Shown here: piece after piece, positions 26,181-37,115 of the stretch
How positions within the stretch are numbered: the stretch's first letter is position 1
Layout: every line of letters starts with the position of its first letter
DNA from: Leucoraja ocellata
Taxonomy: Eukaryota
Direction of reading: 5' to 3'
Assembly (NCBI GenBank): GCA_036785375.1
Contig: JAWMAR010000578.1
Coordinates: forward strand, 248,001 to 312,000
Length of the DNA: 64,000 bases
Translations under genes and position numbers: made by a program
The notes under the pieces: generated by a model
What the model was told of the DNA's origin: nothing
The model's database searches: none
What the model saw: the letters and a program-made list of their open reading frames with translations, nothing else

Positions 26181-26350
26181 CTGCGACCTAAGACTTTTGC
26201 CTCCATCACAGTGAGGAGATGCTGGGTGGACTCACTGTGGTGGATGTTAATGTGTGTTTATTGTTGTTTTATTGTATGGTATTATATGTATGACTGCTGC
26301 AATTTCGTTCAGACTTCAGTCTGAATGACAATAAAAGGCTATCTATCTAT
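26181..26350 (+). mobile_element. Non-LTR retroelement 3' end with two stem-loops, AATAAA and (TATC)n tail
   Basis: Hairpins tccatcacagtgag/ctcactgtggtgga and ttcagac/gtctgaa, then aataaa and ctatctatctat. Confidence 0.6.
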
Positions 26351-26685
26351 GGGAGTAAATGAGCAGGAGAAGGAGACAGTGATTAAGAATACTGGGACAA
26401 GATGACATGTACTATATTTCCCTAAAAGGCGCAAGAGAAAAAAAAATCACCTTTTTCTTTACCCACTTCTCAGCTCCCTGCAATGCCTCATCCTTGCAAT
26501 TTCATGTCAAGTGTTTGTGCATGTTTTTCATCATTCTTCCCAGTACCACATGGAAACAGTGCAATTTGCAAACCATTATACAAGCTTCTAAAATCAAATA
26601 GATTTTGCTAAATGTTTTGGGGAATTCGCTAATTTAATGTTCTCTTTTTTCAATGTCTCATCACGTTATGGACATGGATTACTTC

Positions 26686-27075
26686 ATAGAAACATTAAAA
26701 AAAAATAGGTGCAGGAGTAGGCCATTCGGCCCTTCGAGCCAGCACCACCATTCAATATGATCATGGCTGATCATCTAAAATCAGTATCCTGTTCCTGCTT
26801 TTCCCCCCCATATCCCTTGATCCCTTGAGCCCTAAGAGCTACATCTAACTCTCTCTTAAAAACAACCAATGAATTGGCCTCCACTGCCTTCTGTGGCAGA
26901 GAATTCCACTGATTCATAACTCTCTGGGTGAAAATATTTTTCATCTCAGTCGTAAATGGCCGGCTGCTTATTCTTAAACTGTGACCGCTGGTTCTGGACA
27001 CGCCCAACATCGGGAACATTTTTTCTGCATCTACCCTGTCCAATCCTTTAAGAATTGTATATGTTTCTATATGAA
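26686..27075 (-). mobile_element. CR1 LINE 3' fragment
   Basis: Minus ORF with FTQRVMNQWNSLPQKAVEA and the CR1 tail. Confidence 0.88.
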
Positions 27076-27099
27076 TTTTATTTGTTTCTACTTCGGTTC

Positions 27100-28120
27100 A
27101 TAAATCGTGACATCTTGGTTTAGACCTCGTGATGGATTGATATTACTTCTTTGCTAGGCCACAGGTCTATCCTGTGCCTTTCTACTTGTTAAACACCCCT
27201 CCGTTGCCTTATTTTCGATGTAACTGTCACTTGTTTCCCTTCGTTCACATTGCGCCCTTTACTTGCTTTCTGTCCTTTACCACTGTATTTCCCTCGTACT
27301 CGTGATTTCCCCCCTGCATTTACCCAATGTTTGTCTATCGTCCGTGTTTTACCCTTGTATTTACTCTTCCATTCCCAAATATGTCGTGGTTTTAATTTCT
27401 GACCCATGAAACTTTTTCCTCTTGTTCTCAAAGCCCTGCTCCCACCCCCTCGACGCCGGTTGGTGGGTGCCCTGCGAGTTGCTGGATGTGAATGGTGGAG
27501 GGTGGCTGTCAATCGGCGGGTTGGTCGGGTCTGTGCGGGGAGGGTGTGTGAGCGCTGCAGTGGGTGGACGGGCTGTGGCTGTGATCTCGGTAAGTAAGAG
27601 CTTATGCCGAGACTGGAGGTAGAGAGGCTTGGAAAATACTGGCGGGGGTTATTGCACTTTCTCCCGTCTCTCCCACCGGGCCCTGCCCCTTGCCTCTCAC
27701 AGATGCCTTCACAGACTGAGTGTCGGCATTGGAAACACGAGACCGCCGTGTGGCTCTTTAGGAGCCGGGAGAATTTTTATTTGTGTGTTCAGTAGCCCTG
27801 CAGTGGTATCCAGGTGCCAAAATGACAAAGCGCCAGTAAAACCGGCGAGAACATTGTTGAAGGAAAGCGAAATCGGTTCCACCTCAGCTGGGGTTTTGAA
27901 AGTCTAGAATTCCACACGTATTTTTTGTCGGAGGGTGTGTGAGGATGTGTCACTGTCCCATTTCAACACCCCGTCTACCTAACTTGAAATATTTTCTGTC
28001 GGGATCGAACACGGGGCAGGGAAAGTGGGGAGAAGACTCGTCTGCACAATTACAAGACAAGGCAACAGTGAACCTGCGGGAGACTGCGGCATTATATTTA
28101 AAATACGTGCCGCCATATCC
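27100..28120 (+). promoter_or_regulatory. CpG-rich putative KIFC3 promoter with non-coding first exon ending at 27589
   Basis: Locally high CpG/GC content in a CpG-depleted window, and a consensus donor TCG|GTAAGT at 27590. Confidence 0.55.
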
Positions 28121-28689
28121 ATGGGAAACCTATTTGCAAATTCATTTCCACCTGGCATTCCATCTCTGGTGTGACGGTATTTGATCTGTTTCTTGTGTTT
28201 AACGTGTGCGACAGCTGCTCGCTTAGCCTTTCTCCAGACTACATGCGTGCCTTTTTGTTACACTTCAATGTTGCAGTTCAGCCGTTTCCCTGGCAACAGC
28301 ATCTCTAGTGTCAATCTACACACCTGTATAATACCAGTGCACTCACTCGCCCGATGTGACCCTTTCAAAAGGTAAGAAGCCTATGGGTAGCTTGACACTG
28401 CAGTGCTGGGTTTCCGGGTCAGTTGTAATCACTGATGCTTGGAGTTCCCATTTTTCTTTGTGATAAACTGCTGCAGAAAAGGGATATCTTGCCTTGTAGA
28501 GAGAGGAATGTGAATGTGTACTTCTGGTTTGAAGTCTGTTGGATTGGGAATGGGAGTGGCCTCTACCACTGGTGGTCTTGTTTGTCAGGGTCATTGTGTC
28601 TGACTGTGTGGGATAGATGCTCTCCTGTGCTGAAGCAGAAAGTCCTTTGTGTCTGCAAACGAGCCGTTCAGCAGCAGTTACTGTCAGAT

Positions 28690-30330
28690 TGTCATAGAGC
28701 CCTGCAGCACAGAACCTGGCCCTTTGGCCCAACCTGTCAATGTCAAATATGCCGTATCAGCTAGTCCCGTTTTCCTGTGTTTGGCCAATATCCCTCAACT
28801 TTTCCTATTCATGTACCTGTCCAAATGTATTTTAAACGTAATTGAGAAAAGACGGTGTATTCACCCAATCTATTCTCTTCATGATTTTATAGCTTAGCCT
28901 CTCGAGTCCTGGCCACACCTTTGTAAATCATTTCTGTGCACTTTTTCTTTACAAGGTGACCTAAACTGAACACAATGCTCCATGTGTGGGCTTGCCAACA
29001 TCCTGTACAGGTGTAACATAACTTCCCAACATCTAAATATTGAATTCTGAAATGTTATATGTCTAACCCATGAACACCCCCTTCTTCCCCCATCCCACCC
29101 ATCTGCCCCCCTCCTCTCTTCCCTGTGCCTCATCTGGATATGCACCCATCTCTCCTTTCACCTCTGCTCTACAACACTCCCCAGGGACCTACGGTTCACT
29201 GGTTTGACTTCCCAAAATTCACACCTCACATTTATCCAAGTTATTTTTCCATTCCATGGCCCTCTTACCCAGCTGATCAAGATCTTGCTGTAATTTTTAA
29301 TAACCATCTTCACTGTCCACATTACCACTTATTTGGGTGTCATTTGCAAACTTACTAAACATGCCTTACTAAAAACTTACTAATTTGTGCACGCCAGGTT
29401 GCACGTGAAGGTTGCAATTCTTCTTAAATAGAGGCACAACAAACATCAGCCACCTTCCAGTCATCCGGCACCTCACTGTGTCTAACAATGATTCGTATAT
29501 ATCAGCCAGGGCTCCTGCACTATTTTTCTTGTCGCTTCCCACGGTATTCTTGGAAATATCCGATCAGGCCTGGGAGATTTATCCATCCTCAAACATCTTA
29601 AGATGACTAACATGGGATGCCCTTGATACCTCCATTAACTTTCCCAAGTTCCTTGGCCAATTGTTAGTCTTCATATTGTTCTCCGAGGTAAAAACAGTCA
29701 CTGAGTACCTTAGCAATCTCCTGCGGCTCCAGAGTAGATGACCGTTTTGTTTTTTGAGGGGTCCTATTTTCTCTATAGCTACCCTTTTTCACAGTGTACA
29801 TTAAATCTCTTTGGATTCGCCTTAATCTTATCTGCCAGTGCTATCTCATGACACCTTATTGCCCGCCTGTTTTCATACTTAAATATGCTCTTCTATCCCT
29901 TATACTCCTCCAGGGATGCCCTTGATTCCAGCTGCCTGTATCTGACCCAAATCTCCTTTTCCCCATCCAGAACTGTAATTTATTTTGCCATCCAGCGTTC
30001 CATACTCCTACCTGCCTTGCTCTTCATTTAACAGGAACATGCGTACCTCAAACCTTTACTATCTCACTTTTAAAAGCATCTGACTTTCAGACGTCAATTT
30101 TCCCGCAAACAATCTACTCAAATCAACACTTGTGAGTTCCTAATATCACTTAAGTTGGCCATGCCCCAATTTAGAACTTTAACCTGCCCTGTCCCCTTTT
30201 TATGTCTCATTCCCATCCATAATGGTTTCGCTGAACAAACCATCAGTAGGGTCACGTCAAATTACTAGCGTGATGTACTACTTAATTTATAAAACAACTC
30301 CCCTTCCTCTTTTACCCTCACCTTATCTCA
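28690..30330 (-). mobile_element. Fragmented CR1 ORF2
   Basis: WEVMLHLYRMLASPHMEHCVQFRSP RT remnant plus upstream ORF2 pieces. Confidence 0.7.
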
Positions 30331-31019
30331 CCAGTAGCCTGGAACATTAAGGTGACAATTTAGTCCCTACCTTATTGATCAACTACTCATTTGTACTAAT
30401 CCTACATTGATCTGATTTTTTATTCTTTCCACATTCTCATAAATTCACTCTGGTTCTACCACACACCTACACACCGGGGAAATTTACCGTGGCCAATTAA
30501 CCTCTCAACCCACAAATCTGTGATTATGGGAGGGGAAACTGGAGCAGCAGGAGACAACCCACATGTCCATGGGGAATCTGTAAACGCCATGCAGACAGCA
30601 CTAGAGGTCAGGATGGAATCAAGGTTTATAGCACGGAAAGGGAGTGGCTCTAGTAGTTGATCCACATGGTGGACTCGATCAAAGGCTCTTAGAGAAGGTG
30701 TCACTTATAGAGGATGGATTCAACCCAATGTTGCCATGGGTGCTGATTGTCCTAATTTCCTGTTCAATCCTCCCTGGTTGTTGTTCATCATTCTTCCTCT
30801 CTACATCTTCACTCTGAGCTTTATCACAGTCCTTTTTACAGGGGCTTCAGGTGAGGCTTCCTTTACCCTGTGTGCACATGGTTCATAGGACCACTGATCT
30901 CCAAGCACACCAGTGGATGGTAACATTTCGCCTTCTCACCACAGGTCTGACTTGTTCTGTGTCATTCCCAGAGCCTGTACAGGGAATGTTCGGATGGTTT
31001 GTGGAGTAAGTTGGGATTC

Positions 31020-31782
31020 CTTCACTTTCCGATTCAGATTCACATTTATTGTCATGTGCACCATTAGGTACAGTGATATTTGAGTTACCATGCAGCCATA
31101 CAATTAAAAGAACACAACACAATTAAAAGAACAATAAAGCTTAACATAAACATCCACCATGGAGATCACCGTGATGGAAGGCAATAAAGTTCAGTCAGTC
31201 TTCCTCCTTTTGTTCACCCGTGTTTGGGGCTTTGACCCTAAGGATGGCCCGATGTGCAGGCCCTCTCGTCGGGATGATCAAAACTCTGACGTCGGGACGG
31301 ATGGAACACACTTGGAGTGCCCGAATAGGAGACCGCGGCTTCGCGATGTTATAGGCCTCAGGCCAGCGGTCGGAGCTCTTCTCTGGTGATCCCCGGCAAG
31401 GGATCCCTGGCTCCGTGATGGTAAAGTCCGCTCCATGCCTGCTGCTAGAAGCTTCACAATGTTAAAGTCAGCAGGCCGGCGGTCGGAGCCTTTCTTCTGG
31501 CTCTGCGATGAAAGTCCCGCCGTGCCTGCTGCTGAAGCTCTGGGCCGTCTCCGGGAAAGGCCGCACCAATCCAAGTTGTTAGGCCGCAAGGGAGGGCGAG
31601 GAGAAAAGTCGATTCTCCGCCAAGGTAGGTGACTGTAAACGGTCTCCCCCTATTTCCTGCCACCCCCCAAATAAAAACATAAGGAAAGACGTTAACACAT
31701 ACAGTTAGACCTACTAAAAAAACAGAAAAAGTCGAAATGACAGACCCACTGCTGGTGAGGCTACCGCTCGCAGCGCCACCTG
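31020..31782 (-). mobile_element. CpG-rich non-autonomous Rex1-like retroelement
   Basis: On minus strand: GGTGGCGCTG 5' end, aataaatgt and (GAATCT)n tail, no long ORF. Confidence 0.55.
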
Positions 31783-34700
31783 ATGACGTAATTCACCCGA
31801 TGATGTAACTTTGCCTTCCCAAACCAAAATAACTGGATTGAACCAAGTACCCCATCATGTGAAATATCATTCCAAGTTCAGTAGAGGGAAAGAATCTTGG
31901 TTGTTGTAGAAAATGAAATTTCAATTACAGTCAACATTTTATGGTCCAAATTTGTTTATTTGTGAAATCTGATTTCCTCCTGGGTAGATAATCCCACACA
32001 CTCAAACAACTTGCTGCTCGTAATGCATTAGCTAGATATTCCTAAACCTTTGACTTTTCTTCCTGCCGACCAGTCATCCTCGTACAAATGTGATGACCTT
32101 GTTTCCTCGACCCTTCCTTCAGTGTAATGCTGCAATGGGTGAGGTGCGCAGAGAGTGATTGTGCTGTCGGAATGATCCCGGCATCACCTGGTGCTGCATT
32201 CGTGGGAGAGCTGGAGATGAATGCGGCGGTACATATTCGCATATTCTGTTGTGCTGCAGCAAGTAAGAATTTCATTGTCCCATCCGGGACGTGTGACATT
32301 AAATCACTTTTGACTCTTGACTTGACTCTTGATCTGCAGCAGCATTGTTGTGGTTGCATGACTGACAGAGTCGGCGATCAGCCTGGGCAGCAGCAGCCTG
32401 CTACCTGACTGAAGAAATGTGGAGGCAGACATCACAGCTGTGACTGGACGGACTGCGTCGTTGCTGCTTAACAACTGGGTGAGGAGGAACAGGAGCAGAC
32501 GTTTCTGCTGTGTACCCAGGGTCCTAGTTGACAACCTCTGCTGTCAGTTACTAAATCTGCTCCAGACACCCCTTGCTGTGTGTGCTGGCAATTGCAGGCT
32601 GCCTGGTGAACCTTAGTGGCTGGTATCAATCATATGAATTGTATTGTCTAGAAACCAAATGTACAGACAATGAGAATTTCTGATAATAACCAGCCCGCAC
32701 ATTTACCTGTTCTTGCTTTTCTCCTGCCTTTCTCCTTTTACTTCCCGTTAGATCCTTTTAATGTAAAATGGCTGAGAAGCATCTGTTACAGAATGGAGGT
32801 GCCTTGCACACCATCTGACACTAATCCAGTGTCAGATTATCTAAATGAGCTAATGATTAAGGCTGCTGGTACATGCAGTGAAAGAGGGAGAACAAGATAA
32901 TGAAGGCATAAATTCTATGGATACCTGGCTATGGTCCCTGAGTTTTTCTTCAAACTGTTGGAAGGTGAAGGGATATGTTCTGCCTCATAGTGTGGAGGTA
33001 AGGGATGCTTCTCTGCAGTTTGGATGCAGATACCCAGTCACTTAATTGTAATCAACACTAAGCGCAGAGAGCACGCCCATTGTCAATGTTTGTTCTTCCT
33101 TTGTGCATGTTGTGAAGGTGAGATTCTTTGGAAAATATGTTTTAATTGTAAGGAAGTCCCTTTGCCCTTGAATCAAGTGGCTTCAAGCTTGTGTTCTGGA
33201 CTTTTCCCTCACATCTGGGAATCCAGTTACTCAAAGTGAGTTGATCGAGTTTGTTTTTACAGATTGGGTTTCATAGTGGTGGGGTGAAATAACTGCTGTT
33301 ATTGTTTGGATATTTGGAGTTGAGAGTGGATGGGTTAGATTATCAGGGGTGGCGACTAGTGGCTGGATTGGCAGGGGTTAGATGCTAGGCAACGGTAGAT
33401 GTGGTTGGTGTTGTGTGAGGCTGCTCCTCAAGGTACTGAAACGCGGAACTGCCCTGGAAGTTCCTTGAGTTTATAAAGGGCTTTTGCCAATGTGTTAATA
33501 ATTCACCGAGCTGTGGTATTAGCAGCTGGGAGGTACAGTTATTGGTTCACCAAGATGAAAAGTATACAGGCTTGGCTTGGTGACTACTTGCTTGGTTAGT
33601 CAGTTATCCCTGGGTTCACCACAGAGATGTTTATTGGTGGTTGTGATGTTGAGCACTTTCACTGAGGCTCGAGGTTGTTCACTCGGCTGCCTAAGCAGAT
33701 AATTAAGGAAATGTCGGTTTCCTTTCTATCATTTCCATTGTGCAGCTTGCATGGATGGCGAAAGGGGATATGGAAAGCACTGTGCTCTGTGACTTGTATT
33801 GAAGCCTGCCAGAAATTTCATGGAATCGTAGAACTATACAGCATGAAACTGGCCATTTGGGTCAACTCATCCACACTGACCAGTGGGCTCCCTTCCATAT
33901 TCATCCCATTGTCCAGCAATAGGTCTTTCAGTTGCTAAGCATTTGTTTGTGTGTGATTTTATTTTATTTAATCTGAAGTTTCAAGAAAAATATTGGTTCC
34001 TGAACCGAGGGGTTTGATCAGCAATGTTTGACCAACCTGTTATTGGAAGCAACACTTGCAGTAAAGGCTTTCAAACTATTTGCTGTACCTTTGTGTATCA
34101 TACCCTCGGATGCCCAGCTCCTTTTTACCACAGTATTTTGTAATCTCACTCCATTACAGTAATTTTATTTTTCTTGCTTCAAAACTGGATAACCTCACAT
34201 TTTCTCACAATAGGTCTGTTAAATTCTTACCCATTCACCTAATCTATATCCATTTTACAGTCTCTGCATCCCTCGCAACCCACCAAACATTCAATCATCA
34301 GAAAATTTGGCTGCAGTCAACTTTATCCATTCATCCATGTTAGTAATATAGATTACGAATAAATATCCATCCCACCATCTCAGTCAGCTGATATGGGAGT
34401 AACCCCCCTATTTTCACAAAAAAAATCCCCTTCCCCGTGTCAACAGCACATGCCCCTGGTATCTTTCTCTCCAATTAGAGCCCTGGTGAGACTGTACCTA
34501 GAATATTGTGTGTAGGGTTAGTCTCCCTCCTGGCCAGAGAAAGGGTGCAGCAAAAGGTCTCTGGATTATGTCCTGAAACGAGATAATTTACTTAGAGGTG
34601 AGGTTAAGCAATTGTGTTGAAACTGTCTTAAATCTGGTGGAATATGAAGGGATTTTGGTATTTGTTGGTGTTTCACCTGGATGGGAAGTACAGAACAGTC

Positions 34701-36807
34701 TGACAAAGGGCAGCCATTCGCACAGCAATGAGGTGAACCCTCAGATTGTAATGAACATTGACCTCTGGATATTCTGACTTTCCCTGCTATCACAAACACA
34801 ATGTCAAGACTGACACTGGGGTGGTACTTTTATAATACATAATTGTGCAACAACTCTTGGGCTTCATGCCTTGCTACCAACTGACTGCTGTAGTTGGAAG
34901 GACGGTGGGCTAATTTTCCAGTGAGTTTTGGATGCATCACGTAAAAAAGCTGTTAGACCTGCATGGAAGAGGTTAAGGTATTGCACAACAAAAGGTTAAA
35001 AGATTTGTCAAGCGAGGGTGCTGTTGTCTCCGCCACGAGTGGCGATCTAGTATCTTTGGGATGATCTGAGTATCGACTTACGGGTTAGTAGCTGACACAT
35101 TCACCTGGAAGGCTGTAGCTTCAAGCTGCATGGCAACAATATAAACCGACTGCTGTAGCAGTGGCAAGAAGCCGCTCCCAATCGCTGATTTCAGTGGAAG
35201 AGGTAAATCACTTGGAAATTAGCTTCATTCTAATTCCCCCGGGATACGCGAGGCTTTATCCTCTAGCTTTAAATTCTAGGCCAGAGGCACGCAGTTCCAC
35301 CGCTTTCCCAGACTCACCTTTTTAATCTGCCGAATGCAAACCTTTTCAATGGGATCAAAATCTGCCAAATCATTTTAATTTTGAATTTTCAAACTTTCTG
35401 CCCCCTTTTCCCCAACTATTTTCCTTTAAAAGCTAGAGTTTTGTTATGCATTCTTACCAGATTGCATTTTACAATTCCTTGGCTAATATTTAAACCTCGC
35501 TTCATGATTCAGTCCATCCTGTTGTTATCTTTTCCTTGGAACCACATCGGTTGACCTTGAGATGCAAGCAGTTTAATCTTATTTTTTAAGGAAAGTTTTG
35601 CTTTAGTGTTTTATCCTTTGGTGACCTCTGCCCTTCTGTGGTTTGGCATGCAGTTCATTGCAATTTGTATTTGGTGCTGCAAACAGAAATGAGTGAAAGT
35701 TATTTGAAAGGGGGATTTTTTTTTAGAGCACTGGAGAGGCTCACAGTCATGTGAACACTGCCTGCACATTTCACCACATAGGTGTCGAAATCTACAGCAC
35801 AGAGGCACGGCATTTAATCTATTGCCCCCACTTTGGCTAAAATTAATTTATTGGGCTGATCCTAAATCTTGAATCTCTGGATTGTGAAATTTAAGGCAAA
35901 ACTTCAAATGCTAATTTCAGTGTTTTAAAAAAAAAAAAATACTTGCATTTCTACTTCTACTATCCTTTCAACAAGTCTTGGAATAGCTCCAATCTTTGTG
36001 TGAGCAGCCAGCATCCCTCCAATGTTCTATCAATTGGCCCTAGTCTTTGGTGACACACATGTACCAGTTATTGACTTCTCTGCAAAGGGAAACTGCTCCT
36101 TTCTGTTCACCCTGCTTCAGCCCATCATTTGTGCAGGCAGATTAAATCTCCCCTCAATCTCCAAAGAAAATAATCCTAGGTGAGGCACCCCTCAGAACTA
36201 ATGTTCTCCAGCCCTTGAATGTCCTCAATTCTCTGTATTGCCATCGCCTTTCCGTTGGTTGTGACACTTCATGGGTGTGACGGGGTGGGAAGGTTCTGGT
36301 GATGAGGATGTCTGGTCAATGGAGTAGGGATCTTTCTCTGATTTTATTACCTTGGCAAACCTGGAGATCTGTGTCCCCTCCTCTTGGGAAAGAAGGATAC
36401 AACTACTTAGCTAGAAGAAGAGTCCGGACCCGAAACGTCACCTATCCATGTTCACCATGGATGCTGTCTGATCTGTGGAGTTACTCCAACACTTTGTCTC
36501 TTTTTTTGTAAACCCGCATCTGCAACTCGTTTCAACTCCAGAGCTCATGGCAGCCTGCTCTGTAGTGTGATGAATACAGCAATTTTTTGGTTTCTGCTCT
36601 TCTCATGAATATTAGGCACCTGCCTCACCCCACCACTTATCTGCTTATTGTCAGACTGCTTGATCAACTTCCATACTGAATGATCAGATGCTTCCCTAAA
36701 CATTAGGAAAACTGTAGCCATCATCTCTGAGATGATCATTCTTGGGCCATGGAATCCACCCCAATCCCCAGCATGGAGATGTTACGGAGCACAAGGTGCA
36801 GTGCCAC

Positions 36808-37115
36808 TTTAGTTTTAGTTTACTTTAGCAATACAGCGTGAAAACAGGCCCAATGACCCACCGAGTCCGTGCCGACTAGTGATCTCCGTACACTAGCACT
36901 ATCCTACGCTAGGGCCAATTTAACTTTCCGAAGCCAATTAACCTACAGACCTCGACATCTTTGGAGTGTGGGAGGAAACTGGAGCACCCGGAGAAAACCC
37001 ACACAGTCACTGGGAGAATGTACAAACTCTGTACAGACAGCACACATAGTCAGGATCGAACCCGGGCCTCTGGCGCTATAATGCAGCAACTGCACTGCTG
37101 CGCCACCATGCCGCC
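36808..37115 (-). mobile_element. tRNA-derived V-SINE (HE1-like), near full length
   Basis: Minus-strand head GGGGCGGCATGGTGGCGCAGC...GGTTCGATCC, core, and CR1-like tail with (CTAAA)n. Confidence 0.8.
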
